64,000 bases of DNA, from the NCBI RefSeq assembly GCF_006345805.1, contig NC_043013.1:20088001-20152000 (forward strand), read 5' to 3'. The notes under the pieces are model-generated. The model searched no databases and was not told the DNA's origin. It saw only the letters and a list, made by a program, of their open reading frames with translations. The DNA comes from Octopus sinensis. Lineage: Eukaryota. A program made the translations under genes and the position numbers. Position 1 is the stretch's first letter; every line of letters begins with the position of its first letter. Of the stretch, positions 12,547 through 23,964 are shown piece by piece.

Positions 12547-13094
12547 CCATGCAACACTGCACTTCAAACATCATATCATTTGGCTTTCCTATAACTAATG
12601 AACACCCTCGTTGCTAAAAGAGGTAATAGCTCATTAAATTTTTCCAACTTGATTCTTACACTGACTATTATTCTTTCAAAACAACCACTCCTACTTATTA
12701 GGTTACCTAGGTAACAAATGCTAGAAAATTACATCAATATTTGAAAGAATTTATTTCATGTGCATTCTAACTGCTAACTACTTATCTCTTTTTATTACAT
12801 ATGAGATTCCTTTAATCTGTTAATCCATCTCTGATTCCAGTCCTCCTGTTGTGTACTCAGAGTTAACATTGAGTACATTATATGGAATTCCTTCATAATC
12901 CAATTGTACATATCATCATGACCACTTGCCAGGTGGCAAAAGCATTCTGATTTCAGGCATAACTTTCTGACCATTTGGCTTTGGTTTCAATCCTATGGCA
13001 TGGTAACCTTGCCTTTTGTCTTCTACAATAGCTCTGTGCTGACCAATGCCTTAGGAGTGAATTTGGTAAACAGAAACTATATGGAAGTCTATTG

Positions 13095-13148
<54 letters not shown>

Positions 13149-13819
13149 ATTTATATATGAGTAATATATATGAGTAATTGAATGAATTATCTTATTAAGG
13201 ATAATTCGAAAGATAACCGATACCTGGGTAGCAAATTCACATCAGAAAGAACACGGTTGAAGCTACGTAGCTTCAACTCCATTCTTTCATATACTTATAT
13301 ATATATATAAAGCGGGCATCCAGCTGTAGAAACTCTACCAGATCAAGATTGGAGCCTGGTGCAGCCATCTGGTTTGCCAGCCCTCAGTCAAAATCGTCCA
13401 ACCCATGCTAGCATGGAAAGCGGACGTTAAACGATGATGATGATGAAGTTGGTTGCTTCTTTAGCCACACCGGGCAAAATGCTTAGCGGAATTTCACCTG
13501 TCCTTATGTTCTGAGTTCAAATTCCACCAGTGTCAATAAATTAAGTATCAATGAAACATTGGGGGTCAATGCAATCAACTATCCCACACCCCCAAATTTC
13601 AGGCCTTGTGCCTATAGTAAAAAAAAAGATTATCTCTTCACTTTGCAATGTAGTAAGATAGCAGAATTGCCTGCACATCAAACAGAATACTTGGCAACAT
13701 TTCTTCTGGTTTTTCAATCTGAGTCCAAAAATTTTGCTGAGGTTGGCATGTCTTTCATCTTTTTGGGGTCTGTGACATAAGTACAAATTGAACACTGGGA
13801 TCAATGTTATCGTTTAGGC

Positions 13820-14466
13820 CAGTGTTTCTTGACCATTTTTTTACCTAAGGACCCCTTCAGTCTCTGTTTTACTCATGTGGACCATAAAAATGTCCCATTA
13901 TATTTCTGTAATTAAGTGATTTTACAAATTGTATCTTTTGGTATTTTATCTTTTACTTGTGTCAGTCATTAGACTGTGGCCATGCTGGGGCACCACCACA
14001 AACAATTTTTAATTTAAAACGAATTGACCCTGTTCTTATATTTTTAAAGTCTGATACTTATTCTGTCAATCTCTTTTGCTGAACTGCTAAGTCATGGAAG
14101 TGTAAACACACCAATGCTGATTGTCAAGCGGCAATGGGGGAGAAACACACACACACACACACATATGTACGATAGGCTTCTTTCAGTTTCCATCTACCAA
14201 ATCCATTCACAAAGCTTTGATCAGCTCAAGGTTAATGTAGAAGACACTCGCCCAATATGCTGCATAGTGGGACTGAACCTGGAATCACGTGGCTGGGAAG
14301 CAAACCTTCTTACCACACAGCCATGCCTGACCCTATATATAAAAAAAAAATTGTTAAAATATTTTATGTATTGTTGAAGTATGACCAATTTATTGTACAT
14401 AAATTTTAGCAACAAAATCTTATGTGGTCCCCCAAGGGATCATATGTATCCTGTTGAGAACTGCTA
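13820..14466. mobile_element. hAT-like MITE with nested SINE
   Basis: Termini cagtgtttcttgacc / gttgagaactgcta; internal sequence homologous to 55629-56531; SINE inserted at ~13960-14330; no matching TSD found. Confidence 0.55.
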
Positions 14467-15629
14467 CACACATAGTAAGAATCATCTCTTTACTTTTCAA
14501 TATTGATATCCTCGTTTGCTTTGAATCACCCACAGATCTGATGTGTGATTTGCGAACCAATGCTTCCATACAGTTTCGCACCCATTTTGCTAAAATGTTT
14601 GCCGTGACTCTCAATCTCCTGTCCTTTCTACTGCTAAACAGCAGTACATCCTCTTAACCTTTTTGCCACTCCATAAAACCATAAATATAGAAATGGTAAA
14701 GTATTCCCTCTTGATTGACTGCTAAAAAAATATAAACTTTATATTGTGTGCATTACTAAAAAGTTTGTTCAGACAGAAGTTCATTTAATTTTACTGCTTA
14801 AAAAAACAACTAATAAAGCAAAATCTTCTGCAAAAATACCCAGTTTATTTCCAACAGATGTGCTGACTTTATTAGTTAAGTTTCCATTAATAAGTAAACA
14901 CCTACTTGTTTACGGAGAGATTTCTTCTCTGGTTATGCAAAGTTTCAACTCCTTCGGGGATAGTGGTAAGTTAAGTGTTTGCTTTTAGCTAAGTATCTCT
15001 CCGAGTGTTTGCTTAGCGTAGGTTTAACCTTTGTCGTCAATGTAGACACATTTTTAATAGTCAAAGTGTATGTAATTGTAGTTGCATATACCCTCTCATA
15101 TGTGTGTGTGTGTGTTTACCTGTAGATTTATGTCCTGATTCTGTACTTAGGTTTTTGTTGGCAGGAATTTCATTAGAAACCTTGGAGGGTTTCATTTAAA
15201 AGACTTAGAATTTCGATAGTGTATTAAAAAGAATCTCTCGTAAGTTAAGCTGGTCAAAGTAAAGTCTATAATAGCTAAAGATGCAGTCTGACAGATATAT
15301 ATATAGAGAGACATTTATACATACATGTGTAATTATACACATTTAGTCTATCAATAGACATATTGATAAGTATGAAAAGCAAATCACTTCCCCAAGTGAA
15401 AATCTCGTTCAGACTCCATCATCACCTGCCAGTGTTTGGTTTATGAGTTGAACATGTTATGTAAATTACATTAACGAGAAAGATTTCTGGAAGAGAACGG
15501 AGGCGGAGAACTGTGTGGGGCGGGGGGCGGTCTGGGGGTTTGGGGTGAATAGCAAATTGAAAAGTTACTTACTTTTAAGGCTTCTCCATGTTGTCGCTGT
15601 TAACACTGGCACTGATAGTGGTGGTGGTG

Positions 15630-17150
15630 GTGGTAGTTAATAGTGTTACCATTATCACCACCACCAACAACAACAACAACACTCATCATCATCACTGACG
15701 TCATTAACATTGACATCATCATCATTGACATCATCAGTATCATTCACATCAACAACAGCAGCAGCATTATCAGCATCAGCATCATCATCACCTTGATTAA
15801 CATTATCATTACCATCACTACCATGACCATTATTACCTTCATCACCATCATCATCATCATCATCATCATCAGCATTGTCATCTCTAATCATCATCAACAT
15901 CGTCGTCACCACCTTCCCCAGCATCACCTGCATCATCACTACCATTGTCATCAACATCATTCCTCATCACTACTATCACCACTACCATCACCACCATCAT
16001 CATCTCCCCCAACACTGCCACCACCATCACTTGTTTTTATATCCTGCAATGAAACTATTCCAAGGTTCCCCTAATAAGATGTCTTTCACTAATTAATCTT
16101 ATTAGCTAATGTGGTGAAGAAATGATGTTAACATTTAAAGTGTCACTTAACCCTAGGCACATCTTGATCCAGATCGTCTACATTTGAATATATTCCAACT
16201 GTGACCTTCCCATTTCAGACAATGTGCAATTGACCCCACATAAAGATAGCAGGGGATTATTTGAAGGAGATTCCCCTGCTATTTCTAGAAGGTCAAGTAT
16301 TTCGTGTAGACAATACTTATGTACATTTGCAATAACTGTAAATTATAGAGTGGTGTTGGTGGTGGTGGTGGTGGTGGTGGTGGTGGCGGTGGTTGTGATG
16401 GATGGGAGAGGGGTCATGAGGCTGGTGGTGGTGGTGGATGGGAGAGTGATCATGTGGCTGGTGGTGGTGGTGGTGGTGTGAGAGGGGTCATAGGGATGGT
16501 TGTGATGATGATGGTTATGATGATAATGGTAATATTGGTAGTAGTAATTGTGATGGTGGTGGTGATGAGGATGGTGATGGTAGTGACAGTGCTTATGATG
16601 ATGATAGTGATGGGGGTGAGGATGGTTGTGATGATGGTTATGGTGGTTGTGTTGGTGATCATGTTGGTTGTGATGGTGGTGGTGATAACGGTGGCGGTGG
16701 TGATGGTAGTAGCAGTGGTGGTGATGGTGGTTATGATGATAATGGTAATAGTAGTAATTGTGATGGTGGTGTTGGTGATGAGGATGGTGATGGTAGTGAT
16801 GATGATAGTGATGGGGTGGGGATAGTTGTGGTGATGGTTGTGGTGGTGGTGGTGGTGGTGATTGTGGTTGTGGTGGTGTTCATGTTGGTTGCGATGGTGG
16901 TGGTGGTGGTGATAACGATGGTGTTGATGGTACTGGTGATAGTAGTGGTAGTAGCAGTGGTGGTGATGGTTGATTGTGATGGTGATGTTCCTGATAATGC
17001 TAGTGGTAATGACAAATATATTTATAAAATACAATTAAAGCTATCATATACCAAACATGACAATAGAAAGGTTTAATATCCATCACCAACACCACCACCA
17101 CCACCACCACCACCACCGCCGCTACTACTACTACTACTACTACTACTACT
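15630..17150. repeat. Long trinucleotide low-complexity region (CAT/CAC/CAA, then GGT/GAT)
   Basis: Directly visible; produces the poly-I/T/V/M/H/D pseudo-ORFs. Confidence 0.9.
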
Positions 17151-17211
17151 AAGCAGTATGCTGTGTTAGAGTTAAGTCTATGTATGTGATAAACTGGAAT
17201 ATATGATAGTG

Positions 17212-17245
<34 letters not shown>

Positions 17246-18029
17246 AATATATTTCAATTGAAGAAAGCAAACGAAGAATTAAAAAAAAAACAATTAACCT
17301 ATATCAAAAACAACAACAACAACAATGAAATATTACCCTAATAAAAGATAAATTGATAATTTAAAATAAAAATACATTTTTTTTTTGCTCCTTTTTTTTT
17401 GTTTGCTTAATTTTTGCTATTGATACTTTCAACCTTTGCCAGTAACCAAAGTCGTTAAAAGGGTTTTGTCAATTATTATTGTTTTCGTTTGTTGTTGTTG
17501 TTGTTGTTGTTATCATCTCTTTCATCATCATCACCATCATCATTATCATCATCGTCATTTACGTTTGTTTTTTCGGGTAAAAAATGCCGTATTAGAATTG
17601 GAATTTCCACTTTCATACAAAATTTCTGTATTTTTATTTATTTAATTTTTTTTGTTATTAGGTTTTAAAGTTTGTTCATTGTGTTTCATTTTTTTGTTTT
17701 CATAGCAACTTTCAATTTATGTGTGTGTATGTACAAATACATAAATATATATATATATTGTATATATGTAAGATTGTATGTAATTATCAATTTTGGATTT
17801 TATGTCAAGTTATATATAAAATCAATTTAACATTAAACTCAAGGATTACTTAATACTTTTATTAGCGTATATATATATATATATTAAAGTTTTACAAGGG
17901 AAAGATTGATAGTGACTTCGAAGTTTTGGCTTGCTCACTGTTTATTATTATTATTATTATCATAGAGTCTGATTAAGTCAAACAAACTGAAACTTTGAAG
18001 TTGCTGCCAAACTTTCCTTTGTAAAAATT

Positions 18030-18380
18030 TAACACACACACACATATATAAACACACGCGGGTACACACACAAATACACAAGAACACACACAAAAACACA
18101 CGCACACAAACACACACACACATAAACACACACACAAACACACGTAAACACATACGGGTACACACACGAACATACACAAATACACACACACAAACACACA
18201 CAAATACACACAAATACACAAGAACACACACACACAAACCACACGCACACAAACACACACACACATAAATACACATACACAAACACACATAAACACATAC
18301 GGGTACACACACAAATACAAGAACACACACAAAAACCACACGCACACAAAAAAATACACACACACACACACACACACACG
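18030..18380. repeat. CA-derived minisatellite with higher-order repeats
   Basis: Variant word cgggtacacacac recurs at ~18059, ~18156 and ~18300. Confidence 0.85.
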
Positions 18381-18397
18381 ATATCTAAGCACTGCAG

Positions 18398-18595
18398 GAT
18401 GTTGAAGTTCTGCTTGATAGCAGAAGCAGAGATGATTTCACCTGCACAGTCAGTGGTTGCATTTCACTATCAAAAGCTGAATTTGTCATCCATAAAAGGT
18501 CACATATCAAGAGTCCAACACAGGATGCTTCTATGCAAACATTCCCAGCAGCCCCGATGGAACCCTGCTCTCTTTTATATCCAAAATTATGCTAA
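18398..18595 (+). pseudogene. Relic of a C2H2 zinc-finger coding segment (probably LINE C-terminus)
   Basis: ATG-less open frame DVEVLLDSRSRDDFTCTVSGCISLSKAEFVIHKRSH; C-x2-(S, codon AGT, one change from TGT)-x12-H-x3-H. Confidence 0.45.
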
Positions 18596-18824
18596 TCAGT
18601 TTTCAATGAATGCATAAAGTATGAAGTTGCTGTCAGTGTGATTCTTGACCAAATAACACAGTGGAACAAAATTGTTTTTAAACTTTTCTGTCTTTGGTCT
18701 GTTAGTGTTATTTCCTATTTGCTTCATTCTAGGAATCAAAGGAAATCACTACTAATCTGACCTATTTTCCATTACATTTCGTTTTTGGATTTGGTTTGCA
18801 AGATTCTTTATATGAGTTCGTGTG

Positions 18825-19283
18825 TTGAAGCAACGCCTTACTTCCCTGGGCATGGACACATTGAAACTCCGACGTCTGGCAGCTGACTTGGCAGACACCC
18901 ATAAAATTATCAACCATCGCACAAACAATAACTCTGAGCACCTCTTCAAACTCCACCCATCTAACACCCGTGGACATATTTACAAAGTAAGAAAACAGCA
19001 CAGCTCCCATGACTTCAGGAAACATTTTTTCACGCTGAGAGTTGCTGAAGCGTGGAACAAACTGCCGGCATCGGTTGTTAGTTGTCAGAGCACTGCATCC
19101 TTCAAAACTTCCATGCTTCCTGAGATTCGCCAACACTACACTTGATTTTCTCCCCTCCATACACACACAAGCATGTTCACTTTCCAGACATTTCTACATT
19201 ACTGCATGTACTTTATATGCACTTTCTGACAAGTTGTGGTGCACCTGAGCACTGTATACAATAATTTCATTATTATTATTATT
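18825..19283 (+). mobile_element. 5'-truncated CR1-type LINE (RT C-terminus, 3' UTR, (TTA)n tail)
   Basis: RLTSLGMDTLKLRRLAADL...TRGH...FFTLRVAEAWNKLPASVV...FK is the canonical CR1/L2 C-terminus. Confidence 0.92.
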
Positions 19284-19442
19284 ATATTCTGTTGTGTCTG
19301 GGGAGAGTCATTTTCTTTTTGTGCCTTATAATATAAAATTTTAGGAGAATAAAAATAAGAAAAAAGTGGAAATTTTACCGGTGAGTGTGTTACATAATAA
19401 GGCACAAAAAGAAAATGACTCTCCCCAGACACAACAGAATAT
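19284..19442. repeat. Fold-back element, 46-bp perfect inverted arms
   Basis: atattctgttgtgtctggggagagtcattttctttttgtgccttat and its exact reverse complement at 19397-19442; a single arm also occurs at ~24270-24320. Confidence 0.85.
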
Positions 19443-19506
19443 TTTCCATTACATTTCAGAAAGATTCAGAGCTGAGTTGTTAAAGCAGAAATATCTTTAT
19501 AGCAAA

Positions 19507-19805
19507 CTAGCATTATCGCCCAGTGTTGCTCGGGTTTGTAAGGGAAATAACTATATAAGCATTTTTAGAGAGTTATAGCCAAAAAATAGCAAAAAAATGC
19601 ATTAAAAATGGAAAAAAAATTATGGTAAATTTTTTTTAAATCGTAGACTCATTGTAGACGCACGCTAATACCCAGAAGGGCTCGATATGAATCACGACTA
19701 TAAGATACCCGGTTTTTGTTAAACTGCACCGCAAAATGTGGGAGTAGTTAGGAATCTAAATCGTAGGAGACAGGCAGCACACAACCTAACTTTTATATAT
19801 AAAGA
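19507..19805 (-). mobile_element. Non-autonomous Helitron
   Basis: Minus strand starts TC and ends with a GC hairpin plus CTAG; inserted between A and T of agcaaa|tattctgc with no TSD (uninterrupted form at ~36953-36970). Confidence 0.88.
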
Positions 19806-20836
19806 TATTCTGCTCAATGCCACAGACTTGCTTGTCAGTTGATTGACCATAACCACTTGAGTATGTCCCTTAGTGGTTGACAATTTGTGCATCTCTGATC
19901 ACGAGCAGGAGTAGTAGGAGAGCATGTGGGTCAGCATTCCACAAACATGCAAACCCATAACATAGTTCTCGGGGAGATTCAGTGTGACACAGAATGGGAC
20001 AAGGCTGGCCCCCTTTGAATTACAGGTACTACTCATTTTTTGCCAGCTGAGTGGATTGGAGCAACGTGAAATAAAGTGTCTTGCTCAAGGACACAATGCA
20101 CCCCTGGAAATCGAACTCACGACCTTACAATTGTGAGCTGAATATCCAAATGACTCGGCCACGTGCCTTGTACCCTGTAAAACAAAAGGGACCCTCTCTG
20201 TTGTATATCGGCTCTGTTCGTACAGGGTAATGTGACTAATGCAGTGGGTAAAAGAGGGGGTTCAGAGAGGGAGATTGTGGAAGGTGAACTAGGATGGAAG
20301 GATGGGTGATGTGGGAGCATGAAGAGAGTGGCAGGAGTGATAAGGGTCACATCTGGAAAAGGCGGGGAGAAAAGGGGTAGAGGTTGCTAGAAGTAGTAAT
20401 GATGGAAAGAGTTACTGTAAGGGGTACTGAGAGAGAAGGTGAGTGATGGGTAGCTGTAAAATGGTTGGTGGTGAGTATGTGGTGGGTGCCAGTTGTGAGT
20501 GACCTGAAGGTGGGGTAGGAGCAGTGGCTAGCAGTATAAAAAAGAGAATGTTAGATGGAGAGGGTATGAGTGATGAGTAGTTATGATGGTCATGGAAGGA
20601 GACTGTGGGAAAGCTTTATGTGCAGACATAGGTGTGTGGTAAGAAGCTTGCTTCCCAACCATATGGTTACAGGTTCCGTCCCACTGGTGACACCTTGAGC
20701 AAGTATCTTCTACCAAAACTCCAGGTTTACCAAAACCTTATGAGTGGACTTGATAGACAGAAACTGAAAGAAAGACTTTGCATATATGTATATGTATGTA
20801 TGTATGTATGTAGGTAGGTATGTATGTATGTACGTA

Positions 20837-20895
<59 letters not shown>

Positions 20896-21222
20896 ATAAT
20901 AAATAATATTAGGGTAATAAGAATTATAGAAATTATTACTACCAGTTGCCTAGCACAAAAAAAAATTAGTCAATAGACTATATATTATTCACACAAAGAT
21001 ATCATGTACATTAAAACACATTAAGAGGCTTCCAAGAGTTTTTTTTTTACTGAAATTAGTCAGAAACCATGGTCTAGGAACTTAATTAGATGGTAAACAT
21101 TTTTAATTTTCATTCCTTTCGAGAATGTATCCCTAATTAGTGGGTTGAGTTTTCTACTGCTCTTTCTAGCACAAGGCTTTCCTATTTGGAGGCCTCTTAA
21201 TGTATTTTTATGTACACAATAT

Positions 21223-21264
<42 letters not shown>

Positions 21265-21463
21265 TCGCCTGGCACCTGTGCGGGTGGCACGTAAAAAGCA
21301 CCCACTACACTCACGGAGTGGTTGGCGTTAGGAAGGGCATCCAGCTGTAGAAACATTGCCAGATAAGACTGGAGCCTGGTGCAGCCTTCTGGCTTCTCAG
21401 ATCCCCGGTCGAACCGTCCAACCCATGCTAGCATGGAGAACGGACGTTAAACGATGATGATGA

Positions 21464-21500
<37 letters not shown>

Positions 21501-21695
21501 TGGAATGACCAAATCTAAACACCATTCAAACTCACACACAAGGTACAGGAAACTTATATAAACATCAATCTGCTTAAATAATGGAACTGCAATTACAATA
21601 TCCTTATGCATCTCACTTCTGTTTTCATTTCTTCACTTTTCTCTGTATTTCATATCTTCTCTACAATAATTATTACTCAAGCATTTTCTCACACT

Positions 21696-21743
21696 GTCTC
21701 TGATGAAGGGATGTATAAAATATCCCAGAAACAGTTGTAAGAC
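21696..21743 (+). ncRNA. Type I hammerhead ribozyme motif
   Basis: GTCT-CTGATGA-a-GGGATGT-ataaa-ATATCCC-a-GAAAC-agtt-GTA-AGAC: stems I, II and III are all present. Confidence 0.75.
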
Positions 21744-22209
21744 ATTCTCTTTATAAATGTTCTGAAAACATTTCACAGCCTTAGATTTTTAATCTCATTC
21801 TGTCAATTTTATATATATATATATATTCAATATTTAACATAAGCAAGGGGTCAAAAGTTTCGTGACTCAAGGGGTCAAGAGTTTCATGACGCAAGGGTCA
21901 AGAGTTTCGTGTTTTATCACTTACCAAACTTTTAGAAACCAGAAAACACTTGTTTTAAACATACTACCTCATCCACACATATATATATACATGAACACTT
22001 ACCTCTGTGGACATCTATTCCTATCTGCATATATAATGATTATAGATGTATACTCACACACACACACACACACACACACAATAGCTATTACCAGCAGATG
22101 ACAATTGATGAAGGTGAGCTCTTTATCTGTGGCCCTTTTATTCCTGTTGTGTTTCTTGTTCCTCCCATTTTCTTGTCTTCTATATCTCTTATTTTACCTT
22201 TCTAATCAT

Positions 22210-22247
<38 letters not shown>

Positions 22248-23477
22248 CTATCTTTTGGAACTATTGCCTAGTGGTTAGAATATCAGAATCAGTTCTAAAA
22301 TAAGGATTTCTGGTTCAATTCTTTGTATCCTGACCATCACCTGAGAAATGATTGGTGACGATACTGACAGTATGTCTACAATTAGTATTACACTAATAAT
22401 AGCTTAATTGTGGAATACATTTTGGTTCTTGCACTGAAGAGGAAAGGTTTACTATGTCTGGTAAAATTCTTTGTCCAAAAGAGAGCAAGACTGTTTTTGC
22501 CACTGACATGGAGTACATAGTTTGGTGATAGGCTTGTTATTTCCTCTTCCAAACTCTTGTCTCCCCCAACTGTTTCTTGTTTAAATAGTCTTCTATAATA
22601 TACAGTTTGTTGTTGAAGAGAAACAAAATTAAATTTAATCTTTCCCTAAATTATAATTCCTAGATTTAATCTCTCTTAGATAACATGATTAACATAAAAT
22701 TTAGTCATCTCATTAAGAACTTAATTAATTTGTATTTTGTTAATCGTTTTCTTTTTCTTATTTTTTTTTTCTTTTGCAAGCAATGTTTATGTTGAAGTAA
22801 AACCATATCTTCAGACAAGATTTCTATCTACTTTTTTTTCCTTTAAGATTTTTGACTAATGTTGAATCAAAACAAAGAAGTATCATACTTTAATTAAAAA
22901 TAAATTTTAATCAATTTTTAGCATACTTTTGAGTAAATTAGCTACTTTTGTTTTAATTATATGTATGTTTGTTTGTGTGTGTGTGTGTGCAAAAACATAA
23001 AGAATGCTTGTTGTTTGACTTCACTTTTTGTTGTATGGAGTTTCCTGAAAATAAGTCTTAGGGCTTTTGCAAACCTTATAACTCACTGGGCTGGCGCTGA
23101 ACCCAGTCTCCATAGCACATGAATGACAGAGATTATGACCCCCTCTACAGAACAGGATGTCCATCCTTGGCAGGATTGACTTACAAGCTATTGCTGAAAT
23201 TCATTTACAGCTGAGTAGACTGAAATAACTTGAAATGAAGAGTTTTGCTCAAAAAACACAATGCACTACCCAGTCTGGGAATTGAAACTGCTATCTTATT
23301 GTTGGGAATACAACACCTTAACAACTATGTCATGCACAAAGCTAAGTGTCAATAACGAATCTTTGCACCTTCTCTTCCCCACTATTTGATTTATAAATCT
23401 CATTTTGCATAACTCATTGTCTCATTTTTTGTACTTCTGCTGTCTGGATATGGTCATTTTGTGACATTATTATTATT

Positions 23478-23775
23478 ATTGAGTAAGAGAACAGTGCATG
23501 CCATCAAAGTGACACTGGGGTACAAATATACGAAGCCCAGTATACCCATCATGACTACTCGTCCGATAAGGGTACACTAGGCACATGCTTCACAACCATA
23601 TGTGCGTGACATGGTGATCTCATATCAAGATTAACAGTGCATGACCTTGCAGGTGGGGCCCAGTTAGAATTTTCTTCTGGTCTAGTAGCCCATCCTGCTC
23701 AAAAGGTCCCTGAATAAGGGTTGTTTAAGGATGTTGAACGAACCACCCACGTTTCCAAAGGTGAATTATTCAAAC
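23478..23775 (+). mobile_element. Interspersed repeat (SINE/LINE-tail family)
   Basis: Homologous to the split minus-strand copy at 36850-37775 and to 19806-19940. Confidence 0.65.
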
Positions 23776-23929
23776 CGGCTGAATTATTCAAATCGGCTCC
23801 TGTACTTATTCTTTGTAAGCCTAGTACTTATTCTATCAGTCTCCTTTGCCGAACCACTAAGTTACGGGGGAAATAAAGACACTAACATCAGTTGTCAAGC
23901 AATTTTTGGGAGTAGGGGACAAACACAGA

Positions 23930-23964
<35 letters not shown>

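Noticed and set aside
12800-12920. Minus-strand peptide YVQLDYEGIPYNVLNVNSEYTTGGLESEMD
   Set aside because: Preceded by two in-frame stops with no usable acceptor.
14858-14965. Candidate exon ccaacag|...atagtg|gtaagt with one open frame
   Set aside because: The peptide is unrecognisable and there are no partner exons; such patterns arise by chance in 64 kb.
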